Assembly (NCBI GenBank): GCA_021790255.1
Contig: JAJYIE010000006.1
Location: forward strand, 1 to 46,853
Direction: 5' to 3'
Length of the DNA stretch: 46,853 nt
From: a bacterium
GTDB lineage: Bacteria > Patescibacteriota > Microgenomatia > Daviesbacterales > UBA10151
A program made the translations under genes and the position numbers. Positions 29,099 through 37,282 of the stretch are shown here, one piece after another; positions within the stretch are counted from its first letter, which is position 1; each line of letters starts with the position of its first letter. The notes under the pieces were generated by a model, which did no database searches, was not told where the DNA came from, and worked only from the letters and a program-made list of their open reading frames with translations.

Positions 29099-29127
29099 AT
29101 TATACTACTTTTGTGCCCTGATATCAA
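29099..29127 (-). promoter_or_regulatory. Leaderless sigma70 promoter of the methyltransferase gene
   Basis: On the minus strand: TTGATA, 17 nt, TATAAT, 6 nt, ATG. Confidence 0.7.
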
Positions 29128-29153
29128 GTTAACAGGGCTTTTGTTAAGTTAAC

Positions 29154-29184
29154 AAAAAGCTCCCCGTATTTAAGAGAGCTTTTT
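29154..29184. terminator. Intrinsic terminator downstream of the small Cys4 protein gene
   Basis: AAAAAGCTC...GAGCTTTTT hairpin with A/T tails on both sides. Confidence 0.7.
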
Positions 29185-29236
29185 GCAAATGGTGAAACCA
29201 TTTTCCCCGATTCTATCGGGAGTTTGCCGGCGTAAA

Positions 29237-29380
29237 TTATACTGAAGCGCCGATCTTATACATTCCGGTGCCACAAACAGAACAAACACCCTTAACAGCT
29301 GATTTGCCGTTCTTCATGGTCACGTTTTGGGTGTTGTTGGCTTCTCTTTTTTGGCGACACTTTACACAGTACATCTGCAT
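29237..29380 (-). CDS. 47-aa Cys4 zinc-ribbon protein (DUF5679-like), missing from the ORF track
   Basis: MQMYCVKCRQKREANNTQNVTMKNGKSAVKGVCSVCGTGMYKIGASV. Perfect AGGAGGTGA SD upstream and a terminator downstream. Confidence 0.9.
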   Translation of the reverse strand: MQMYCVKCRQKREANNTQNVTMKNGKSAVKGVCSVCGTGMYKIGASV

Positions 29381-29424
29381 CGTTTACTCACCTCCTCTCT
29401 TCATACTTAACCTTATGTTAAATG

Positions 29425-29727
29425 TTATCTTAACAATTTGGTTAGCACCTGGCTATTAAAGGCAAAATAAAGGGCGGCTTCGCTCCCCACAGCCAAAGCT
29501 GCCAAGGCGGCTATTTTTAAAAGGTCCTGCCGCAGGTAAACCATGGTTTGAGGGGATTGGGAGGAACTGGTGGGCGGTGTATGAATAGCGGATGTGGTTT
29601 TGGGGTTTGAGGTAACTGAAGATTTATAGGAGGCAGTGCTCACTCCCTCCTTACCATATAACTGAGCCTTAATGGCCTGGATCATTTTTTCCGTATCCGT
29701 TAACTTTTTTGACTGAGAGTAGGACAT
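29425..29727 (-). CDS. Small hypothetical protein with C-terminal TM
   Basis: 100-aa ORF with YLRQDLLKIAALAALAV segment. Upstream TTGACA-17-TAGGCT promoter (29807-29779). Confidence 0.7.
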   Translation of the reverse strand: MSYSQSKKLTDTEKMIQAIKAQLYGKEGVSTASYKSSVTSNPKTTSAIHTPPTSSSQSPQTMVYLRQDLLKIAALAALAVGSEAALYFAFNSQVLTKLLR

Positions 29728-29920
29728 TTATCAGAGAGCCTGCTAGGTAATCCGGGACTTAGGTTCCGAACTCATTTGAGCCTAGCAGACTTTTTTGTGC
29801 CTGTCAAGCAGGATACAAAAGTATTCAATCTTGGAAATGATGGCGATTTCTTCCTCACAAGGTTTTTTAGGCACGCATTGACAAAAAATTGCTCTGCCTG
29901 TATAGTAAAAAGAGTACTTT

Positions 29921-30358
29921 ATGTATCCAGACTGGCAAAGCGTCTCCCTGGTGGTAATTGTTCTTTTGGGAGGATGGCTGGCAGTACTAACCTGGATGAC
30001 TTGGCGCAGCAGCCGGTTTTTGCGGAGGCTTTTTCCTAAAACAGGAAAAGACCTGGAAGATAAGCTGGAAGAAGTTTTAACTGAAATAGCCGGCCTGGAA
30101 TCATTTAAAGCAGAAAGCAAAAGATATTTGCAGAAAGTGGCACTGAAAAGGTACAATCCTTACCAGGATACGGGAGGAGATCAGAGTTTTTCGGTAGCCT
30201 TTCTGGACGGGCATGGAAACGGGGTTGTAGTCAGCAGTCTGCATTCACGGGCTGGGACGAGGGTATTTGCAAAACCGGTGAAGTTGGGCGGGGAAGACAA
30301 TCTGCAGTTTTCGGAAGAGGAAAAGATAGTTGTCGCTGAGGCAGTGAAAGCAGTCTAA
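29921..30358 (+). CDS. DUF4446-family protein
   Basis: N-terminal TM, RYNPY.DTGGDQSFSVAFLD..GNGVVVSSLHSR...RVFAKP and SEEE. Confidence 0.85.
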   Translation: MYPDWQSVSLVVIVLLGGWLAVLTWMTWRSSRFLRRLFPKTGKDLEDKLEEVLTEIAGLESFKAESKRYLQKVALKRYNPYQDTGGDQSFSVAFLDGHGNGVVVSSLHSRAGTRVFAKPVKLGGEDNLQFSEEEKIVVAEAVKAV

Positions 30359-30367
30359 ATTAAAAAT

Positions 30368-31549
30368 ATGCTGGATAACTTAACAACATTACAAAAAAGT
30401 TTGATAATTTCTATTGTTTCGGTGATCTTTTTTATCGGATCGGCGGGCGTTTCCTATTCGGTTTTTTCCCGTGTTAATGCTTCCGGCACAACACTCTCGT
30501 CTTTTATCCCCGGTCCGGCAGCAACTGTAACGGAAGATCCTCAAGCACCGAAGACAGAAGAGTGCCCTCTAAACGGCTCGATGCACACCAAAGCAGACAA
30601 GGCCAACTGGGAAACGCGATATCCTCTGGCGGTAATGATTGAAAACTCGACCGATGCCAGACCACAGTCCGGCTTATCCTCGGCGGATATTATTTACGAG
30701 GCAGTGGCGGAGGGTGGTATTACCCGCTTTATGGCTCTCTATTATTGCAACTTGAATGACATCCAGGTGGGCCCTGTCCGCTCCGCCAGGACTTACTTTT
30801 TGGACTGGCTATCAGAGTACAATGCACTTTATGCTCATGTGGGCGGAGCCAACACGCCCGGTCCAGCCAACGCCCTTGGACAGATTATTCAGTATAAAAT
30901 CAAAGACTTAAACCAGTTCAGTATCGGCTTTCCGACTTACTGGCGTGATTACCAGCGCTTGGGGCGTGAGGTAGCAACGGAGCATACTATGTACTCTACG
31001 ACTCAAAAGCTTTGGGCGGTGGCAGCTTCACGGGGTTGGGTAAATGACGGGTCCAACGGTCCGAAGTGGGAGGACACCTTCATTCCCTGGAAATTCAAAG
31101 ATGATAACCAGGGCGCCGATACGTTAAGCCAGGCAGCCACTAAAATAAATGTGATGTTTTGGTCATCGGTAGGGTATGCTTCAGATTACGCGGTAGTGTG
31201 GAACTATAATCCCGGCTGCAACTGTTACAAGAGAGTAAACGGCGGTGCCCCCCATATGGACCGGGACAACAACCAGCAGCTAATAGCTAAAAACGTGGTT
31301 GTGCAGTTTGAGACGGAATCCAGCGCCAATGACGGGTACCCGAACAATGAACACCTGCTTTACGGAACTATCGGCCAGGGCAAGGCGCTGATTTTTCAGG
31401 ATGGCAAGGTTACTCAGGGCAAATGGAGTAAAACATCAAGACTTTCCAGAACAAGCTACACTGATTCCAGCGGAAAGGAAATCTCTTTTAATCGCGGATT
31501 AATCTGGATACAAACTGTCCCGGAGGGAGCTAACGTCACTTATAATTAG
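30368..31549 (+). CDS. DUF3048 (YerB-like) membrane-anchored protein
   Basis: PLAVMIEN..ARPQSGL..ADIIYE...EGGITR and GPVRSAR motifs. Confidence 0.9.
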   Translation: MLDNLTTLQKSLIISIVSVIFFIGSAGVSYSVFSRVNASGTTLSSFIPGPAATVTEDPQAPKTEECPLNGSMHTKADKANWETRYPLAVMIENSTDARPQSGLSSADIIYEAVAEGGITRFMALYYCNLNDIQVGPVRSARTYFLDWLSEYNALYAHVGGANTPGPANALGQIIQYKIKDLNQFSIGFPTYWRDYQRLGREVATEHTMYSTTQKLWAVAASRGWVNDGSNGPKWEDTFIPWKFKDDNQGADTLSQAATKINVMFWSSVGYASDYAVVWNYNPGCNCYKRVNGGAPHMDRDNNQQLIAKNVVVQFETESSANDGYPNNEHLLYGTIGQGKALIFQDGKVTQGKWSKTSRLSRTSYTDSSGKEISFNRGLIWIQTVPEGANVTYN

Positions 31550-31593
31550 GGTTTAAGCTTTTAAGACTTGCTGCTCAGAAAGGAGGGTTTTGT

Positions 31594-32178
31594 ATGGAGG
31601 AGTTGTTTGTATCAAGGGTTCGCAGTAAATTACTTACTTTATTCTTAACTTCCACGGAGCCGCTGCTTCATGTACGGGAAATTGTCCGCCGCAGCAGTGA
31701 AGAGATTAATGCCGTTCGCCGGGAACTACTGCGGATGGAAAAATTCGGTATGGTGGCCTCGGAATGGCGAGCAAATCGCAGGCTCTATCATTTTCGTAAA
31801 GACTATCCGTTTTATCGGGAACTTTTAGGACTGGTGACCAAAACGGGCGGTTTGGGCGGAGCAATTCTGAAAAACCGCGGCAAATTGGGCCGGATCAAAT
31901 ACGCAATGCTGGCAACCCGCTATGTGAAAGGTTTGCCTTCGGGAGCTGATGATGTTGATCTTTTGGTGGTCGGGCAAATTGTTTTGCCCGAGCTGCAAAG
32001 TTTACTCTCTGATGAGCAGGCCAGAAAAACTGCGGAAATTAACTACTCTTTTATGGATGAAACCGAGTTTCGTTTCCGAATCAGACGGCGCGATCCGTTC
32101 ATCTTAAAGGTGGTTACCCAACCGAAAGTGATGCTGATTGGTGACGAAGACGAGCTTCTATCCGGCGTGGTAATTTAA
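31594..32178 (+). CDS. Winged-HTH plus nucleotidyltransferase-like fusion protein
   Basis: N-terminal HVREIVR...INAVRREL..ME HTH and C-terminal DVDLLVVG...EINY minimal NTase fold. Confidence 0.8.
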   Translation: MEELFVSRVRSKLLTLFLTSTEPLLHVREIVRRSSEEINAVRRELLRMEKFGMVASEWRANRRLYHFRKDYPFYRELLGLVTKTGGLGGAILKNRGKLGRIKYAMLATRYVKGLPSGADDVDLLVVGQIVLPELQSLLSDEQARKTAEINYSFMDETEFRFRIRRRDPFILKVVTQPKVMLIGDEDELLSGVVI

Positions 32179-32259
32179 GACGGAGTTTGCTCTGTATTCT
32201 GGTGCCCGGGATAAATTGTGTGTTTTTTAGGTTTTTGGTTATAATTTTCCTAGGAATAT

Positions 32260-33657
32260 ATGAAACCGCGCGTATCATTATGGTTTATTGTAGTTTTAAC
32301 GGTGGTGGCTTTGTGGATTAATTTGCCATCTTCTTCAGTTCTTCCTGGTTGGGTAAATGTAGCAGGAAAGAAGGTAAGCCTGTCATATCTTAAGCTGGAC
32401 AGATGGCGGGTTCCTATTTTGGGGAGAGAGCTTAACCTGGATTTCCTGAGCCCGGCGCACCTGATGGGGCTTTTCCCGGTTAAATTGGGGTTGGATCTTC
32501 AAGGCGGCACGCAGCTGACTCTACAGACTGATATGAGCAAAATTGACCCGGCTGATCGTGATACTGCTCTGGAAGCAGCCCGGCAGGTGATTGAAAGAAG
32601 GGTTAACTTTGACGGAGTTTCTGAGGCAGTTGTGCAAAGTTCAAAGCTGGGAGAAGAGAGGCGTATTCTGGTTGAGCTGCCGGGAATAAAAGACGCCTCA
32701 GCTGCGGCAGAGTTAGTGGGTAAAACCGCCCAGCTTGATTTCCGGGAAATTCCTGCCAGCGCTTATGCCGAAGCAACAAAATCGGGTACGCCGGTAATTT
32801 ACTACGCCCAGCCGACGGGTTTAACCGGGGCGGATTTGAAAAAGGCAGCCGTAACTTTCGGTCAATCCGGAAAAAATACCGGTCCGGAAGTTTCGATCCA
32901 GTTTACTGACGAAGGGGCGAAAAAATTTGCTGATATTACCAAAAGAAATATTGGCAAACCGCTGCCGATCTTTTTGGATGGGGTTCCGGTCAGTGATCCG
33001 GTGGTCAGCGAAGAAATCGTCGGCGGCAATGCTGTTATTGAGGGAAACTTCACCAGCGAACAGGCAAAAAATCTGGCCATTCAGCTTAGCGCCGGGGCGT
33101 TGCCCGTACCGATTGAGATTTTGGAGCAGCGCTCAATCGGGGCATCACTGGGAGCATCATCGGTGGAAAAAAGCCTGGTAGCAGGAACCATCGGCATTGT
33201 CATTATTATGGTGTACATGGCAGCTTACTATGGAATTTACGGGCTGCTGGCGGATTTGGCACTGATTATCTATACCCTGGTTGTACTGGCAATTTTTAGG
33301 ACAGGTTTGTTTATTATGCCTCCGGTGACACTGACTTTAGCTGGAATTGCAGGATTCATTTTATCAATTGGGATGGCAGTGGATGCCAATATCCTGACAT
33401 TTGAAAGGATGAAAGAGGAGCTAAGGATGGGCAAAAACGGCAGGCATGCTTTGGAAGCAGGCTTTGCCCGGGCCTGGACTTCTATTCGCGACTCGAATGT
33501 TTCATCCCTGATCACAGCAACAATTCTTTATGTTTTGGGGACCAGTGTGGTGCGTGGGTTTGCCGTAACTTTATTCATAGGAGTACTGGTATCCATGTTC
33601 TCCGCGATTGTAGTAACCAGAACCTTTTTAAGACTTTTGCCGAGGTTTAGGAAATAA
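32260..33657 (+). CDS. secD: Protein translocase subunit SecD
   Basis: LGLDLQGG, RILVELPG, AGALP and GMAVDANIL.FER motifs. Confidence 0.97.
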   Translation: MKPRVSLWFIVVLTVVALWINLPSSSVLPGWVNVAGKKVSLSYLKLDRWRVPILGRELNLDFLSPAHLMGLFPVKLGLDLQGGTQLTLQTDMSKIDPADRDTALEAARQVIERRVNFDGVSEAVVQSSKLGEERRILVELPGIKDASAAAELVGKTAQLDFREIPASAYAEATKSGTPVIYYAQPTGLTGADLKKAAVTFGQSGKNTGPEVSIQFTDEGAKKFADITKRNIGKPLPIFLDGVPVSDPVVSEEIVGGNAVIEGNFTSEQAKNLAIQLSAGALPVPIEILEQRSIGASLGASSVEKSLVAGTIGIVIIMVYMAAYYGIYGLLADLALIIYTLVVLAIFRTGLFIMPPVTLTLAGIAGFILSIGMAVDANILTFERMKEELRMGKNGRHALEAGFARAWTSIRDSNVSSLITATILYVLGTSVVRGFAVTLFIGVLVSMFSAIVVTRTFLRLLPRFRK

Positions 33658-33702
33658 CCAGTTATCGGTCAACCAGAATCTGAAAACAGATAACCAAATA
33701 AT

Positions 33703-34563
33703 ATGTATTTTACGTCCCACTCATCCCACTATGAACACCTGAGAAAAAAATGGACGCAGAAGCGAAAGAATAGCCGGGACAAGTTTTTTGCCAATCACGA
33801 GAAATCCCTGCGGCGGGCAGCTTTGGGGGGTCTGGGAGGACTGGTTTTGCTTACTACTCCGGGCGTACCCGGGGTAGCAGCATCCGCTCCGGTGGCAACA
33901 AACAGCACTGTTCGCGGCGAAGAGGATAATAATATATTACTGGCGCAAAGTCTTAAGGGGTTACTCCCAACGAAGACCGTTTCCCTAACGCCGGAAGAGG
34001 AAGAAAAAATCACTGCCCTTTTATCACAAAAATTAAATCTTGAGGTAAGTGTGCGTCTGTCAGGGATAAGACTAAATAAAAGCTATGGTTTAATCGGAGG
34101 TGAGCAGCACTTGTACCGCTACCCTGGGGATAATTTGTATCAGCATTTTAACAGTGCCACAGATTGGGCGATGTATGGTTCAGCCGGTATAGCTCCTCAT
34201 TTGGGAGCCTGGGGTTATTTTGCTCCCTCTAAAGACCAGTTCACCCAAGAAGACAGCCAGCGGGAAAAATATTACCTGGCGGTGCAAACATTTTTGGCTC
34301 CCGGGTTTGCGGAGAATGTGGATAAATATCGGGATTTTTTTAAATTCCGCAAGATGCTTGTAGTTAACCCTTTGAGCGGCCAGGCGGTTGTGGCGGTAGT
34401 AGGAGATGCTGGCCCGGCACAGTGGACCGGTAAAGATTTGGGGGGGTCGCCGGAAGTAATGCAGGCTTTGGGGCTGGCAAGTGGGCCAAGAAAGGGAGCA
34501 GTTCTCTATTTTTTTATTGATGATCCAAGCAATATCGCGCCCTTGGGGCCTGTTAAAATATGA
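33703..34563 (+). CDS. Membrane-anchored hypothetical protein with C-terminal RlpA/DPBB-like domain
   Basis: Basic N-terminus plus hydrophobic segment. VVNPLSGQAVVAVVGDAGP...SPEVMQALG resembles a double-psi beta-barrel. Confidence 0.7.
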   Translation: MYFTSHSSHYEHLRKKWTQKRKNSRDKFFANHEKSLRRAALGGLGGLVLLTTPGVPGVAASAPVATNSTVRGEEDNNILLAQSLKGLLPTKTVSLTPEEEEKITALLSQKLNLEVSVRLSGIRLNKSYGLIGGEQHLYRYPGDNLYQHFNSATDWAMYGSAGIAPHLGAWGYFAPSKDQFTQEDSQREKYYLAVQTFLAPGFAENVDKYRDFFKFRKMLVVNPLSGQAVVAVVGDAGPAQWTGKDLGGSPEVMQALGLASGPRKGAVLYFFIDDPSNIAPLGPVKI

Positions 34564-34901
34564 AATATTTTTATTCACATCTGATTAAAACCGAGACACT
34601 GCTGTCACGTTTAGACGAGCTGAAGCTTAGCCGGGAACAAAAACTTTATCTGGCGAAGCAGCTGGATGAAATCATCCACCACGAAATTATGGATGCAGTT
34701 CTTCTAAAACTTACTGAAGAGGATAAAAGAATATTGTGGACAAAAATGGTAGCCGGCAGCAGTAATGATATATTACTGGAATTTTTGAATGAAAAAGTTG
34801 ATAATATTGAAAAAGAAATTACCGTCATCTTTGCTGCCTTAGAGGATGAACTGGGACAAGATATTACAGAGGCACTAGTTTTGGCGAACGAGAGGATGTA
34901 G
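34560..34901 (+). CDS. Hypothetical helical protein
   Basis: 113-aa ORF translationally coupled (ATGA) to the upstream gene and 5 nt from secF. Confidence 0.75.
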   Translation: MKYFYSHLIKTETLLSRLDELKLSREQKLYLAKQLDEIIHHEIMDAVLLKLTEEDKRILWTKMVAGSSNDILLEFLNEKVDNIEKEITVIFAALEDELGQDITEALVLANERM

Positions 34902-34906
34902 AGGAT

Positions 34907-35794
34907 ATGTTTGATTTAATGAGTAAGAAAAAGTGGTTTTTTGTTTTATCAGCACTGGTTATTTTACCGGGGATAATCTCCGTTGCCTTTTATGGATTAA
35001 GGCTGGGGGTAGATTTTACTGGCGGAGCGCTTCTTGAGTATCGGTTTGAAAAACCTGTGGATAAAAATGCCATCGGACAGATTGTTGCTCAAAACGGAAT
35101 AGAAGTTTCAAGCGTTGTAGACTCCGGCTCAAACAGTTATCTGGTTAAAACTCAGCCGGTAGCTCAACAAAAAGTTAACCAGATTAAAAGCAGCTTGCAA
35201 GACAAATTTGGCCCGGTAGATGAGCTGAGCATGGAGAATGTCGGGCCGATCATCGGAGCAGAAACCACAAAAAACGCTTTTATTGCCCTGGTTTTAGCAT
35301 CGGTGATGATTGTTGTTTACTTGGCGATTGCCTTTTCAAAGGTTCCCAAGCCGGCTTCTTCATGGCGGTTTGGGGTGACGGCAGTCGTAGCGCTGCTGCA
35401 TGATGTTTTAGTGGTAGTGGGAATTTTTTCTATTCTTGGGCATTTCCTGGGAGTGGAAGTAGATGTGCTTTTTGTTACGGCGCTTCTTACCATAATCGGT
35501 TTTTCTGTTCACGACACAATTGTGGTTTTTGACAGGATCAGAGAAAATCTGCCTAAATATTTATCGAAAAGTTTTACCGAGGTGGCAAATATTTCTGTCA
35601 CCCAAACTCTGGCCCGTTCGCTAAATACCTCACTGACTGTTATATTGGTGTTGCTTGCGATTTTTCTTTTTGGCGGCGAGACCATCCGCTGGTTTGTAGT
35701 GGCGCTTTTAATCGGAGTTATTTCCGGAACTTATTCCTCAATCTTCAATGCCTCGGCTCTGCTGGTTTTATGGGAAGAAAGGTTGGGACATTAA
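34907..35794 (+). CDS. secF: Protein translocase subunit SecF
   Basis: GVDFTGG, ALLHD, GFSVHDTIVVFDRIREN and GTYSSIF motifs. Confidence 0.97.
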   Translation: MFDLMSKKKWFFVLSALVILPGIISVAFYGLRLGVDFTGGALLEYRFEKPVDKNAIGQIVAQNGIEVSSVVDSGSNSYLVKTQPVAQQKVNQIKSSLQDKFGPVDELSMENVGPIIGAETTKNAFIALVLASVMIVVYLAIAFSKVPKPASSWRFGVTAVVALLHDVLVVVGIFSILGHFLGVEVDVLFVTALLTIIGFSVHDTIVVFDRIRENLPKYLSKSFTEVANISVTQTLARSLNTSLTVILVLLAIFLFGGETIRWFVVALLIGVISGTYSSIFNASALLVLWEERLGH

Positions 35795-35804
35795 GCAACT
35801 TATG

Positions 35805-37139
35805 CTACTTGAGCGACTTAATTTTTTCCAATAAATATTCCCGGCTATTTTTGGAAGAATCTTCGAGCACCTCCTTAAAAAGTTTATTTAAAATCTCACC
35901 TACTTTGGGTCCCGGCGGTATGTATAAAATTTCCATGACATCACGGCCGTTGACTTTTAAATCAGCCACCGTGAAAGGTTTTTGTAAAACCTGTTTTATC
36001 CTTTCCTGAAATTTTTCCATACGCCAGGACACTGCCCTTTGGGTCCCGCCGCCTAAACGGTCACCGATTCTTAAAGCCAGCATGTCGTCAATATTTTCCA
36101 TTCCGACATTTTTGATAAAGCGGCGGATGGCAGCATCCGTTTGGTCCTCGCTGACGGTAAAAAGATGCCAACGGACCAATCGGTAAAGCTTATTGGTCTG
36201 TTTTTTGGATAAGTTGAAACGCTGGGCAATCCTTAAAGCCAGCTTTCCGCCTACGACATCATGGTTGTAAAAAGTTACGTTTCCCGATTCGTCAGTGCAT
36301 GTTGTAGCCGGTTTGCCGACATCATGAATTAGCGCAGAGAGCTTGACCAAGGGGTCATCGGAAGGGGTTTCTTTAAGAGTAAGAAGAGAGTGCTCACCGA
36401 TATTGTATATCCTCGCATGTTTTGGCCCCGCTTGAGTAACTCCAAAGGTTTTTTCTACTTCCGGCAAAATAACAGCCAAGATCCCCGCCTCCCTTAGTTT
36501 AGTTATCCCCATGTATGGATTCGCGGATACGAGAATTTTAAACAATTCATCACTGATTCGCTCAAATGCCACTTCAGAGATCAAATTGGCGTTTTCTTTA
36601 ATGGCTGAAAAAGTCCTAGGTTCGATTTCAGCACCGTATTGAGCGGCCATTCTGATTGCTCTCATGAGCCTTAAGGCGTCTTCGGCAAAACGCTCCTGGG
36701 GTTTACCTACAGCTTTAATAATGCCCTGTTCCAAATCTTTTTTGCCGCTGTATAGGTCGATTAACTCACCCTGCGAATTTAAAACCATGGCGTCAATGGT
36801 CAGATCCCGCCGGGCCAGATCCTCCTCAAGTTTGTTAGTCCACCCTACCTCCACCGGATGGCGGAAATCTTTATAAATGCCCTCCCTGCGCATGGTGGTA
36901 ATTTCGGCGACCCCCAAAGCGGTAGGAATGCCCACCGTGCCAAATTTATTGTCGTAAAAACCGTCGGGGAAGAGCTTGAGTATCTCTTCCGGTTTGGCAT
37001 CAGTTGTAAAATCCATGTCTGAAATTTCCCTGTTTTGCAGAATTTCGCGCACAGCGCGCCCCACCAGGTAGATTTGAAATCCAGCCCCGGTAAATTTAGT
37101 AATGATTTTTTTAACCTCTTCTGGTAATTTATACTCCAT
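35805..37139 (-). CDS. cca: tRNA nucleotidyltransferase (CCA-adding/poly(A) polymerase family) with HD domain
   Basis: DMD catalytic pair, EEDLARRDLT, FAEDALRLMR, ERI and LIHDVGK motifs. Confidence 0.9.
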   Translation of the reverse strand: MEYKLPEEVKKIITKFTGAGFQIYLVGRAVREILQNREISDMDFTTDAKPEEILKLFPDGFYDNKFGTVGIPTALGVAEITTMRREGIYKDFRHPVEVGWTNKLEEDLARRDLTIDAMVLNSQGELIDLYSGKKDLEQGIIKAVGKPQERFAEDALRLMRAIRMAAQYGAEIEPRTFSAIKENANLISEVAFERISDELFKILVSANPYMGITKLREAGILAVILPEVEKTFGVTQAGPKHARIYNIGEHSLLTLKETPSDDPLVKLSALIHDVGKPATTCTDESGNVTFYNHDVVGGKLALRIAQRFNLSKKQTNKLYRLVRWHLFTVSEDQTDAAIRRFIKNVGMENIDDMLALRIGDRLGGGTQRAVSWRMEKFQERIKQVLQKPFTVADLKVNGRDVMEILYIPPGPKVGEILNKLFKEVLEDSSKNSREYLLEKIKSLK

Positions 37140-37282
37140 ACACCTGCTATTTTAAGGTCTAAGCAGAAAAAAGGAAAGTTTACGGAGGACTACTGCAATC
37201 GTTTCCATTATGGGCCGGATAATAATTTTTTGGCAAGTTTGGCCTAATTTTGGGCCGGTAACTGTGCTAAAATTCTTTCGTT

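Noticed and set aside
29268-29459. 63-aa plus-strand ORF
   Set aside because: Antisense to the better-supported Cys4 microprotein, which has an SD and a terminator.
33805-33880. Twin-arginine (Tat) signal in SLRRAALGG
   Set aside because: Poor match to S/T-R-R-x-F-L-K, and no tat genes are in the window. More likely a basic signal-anchor.
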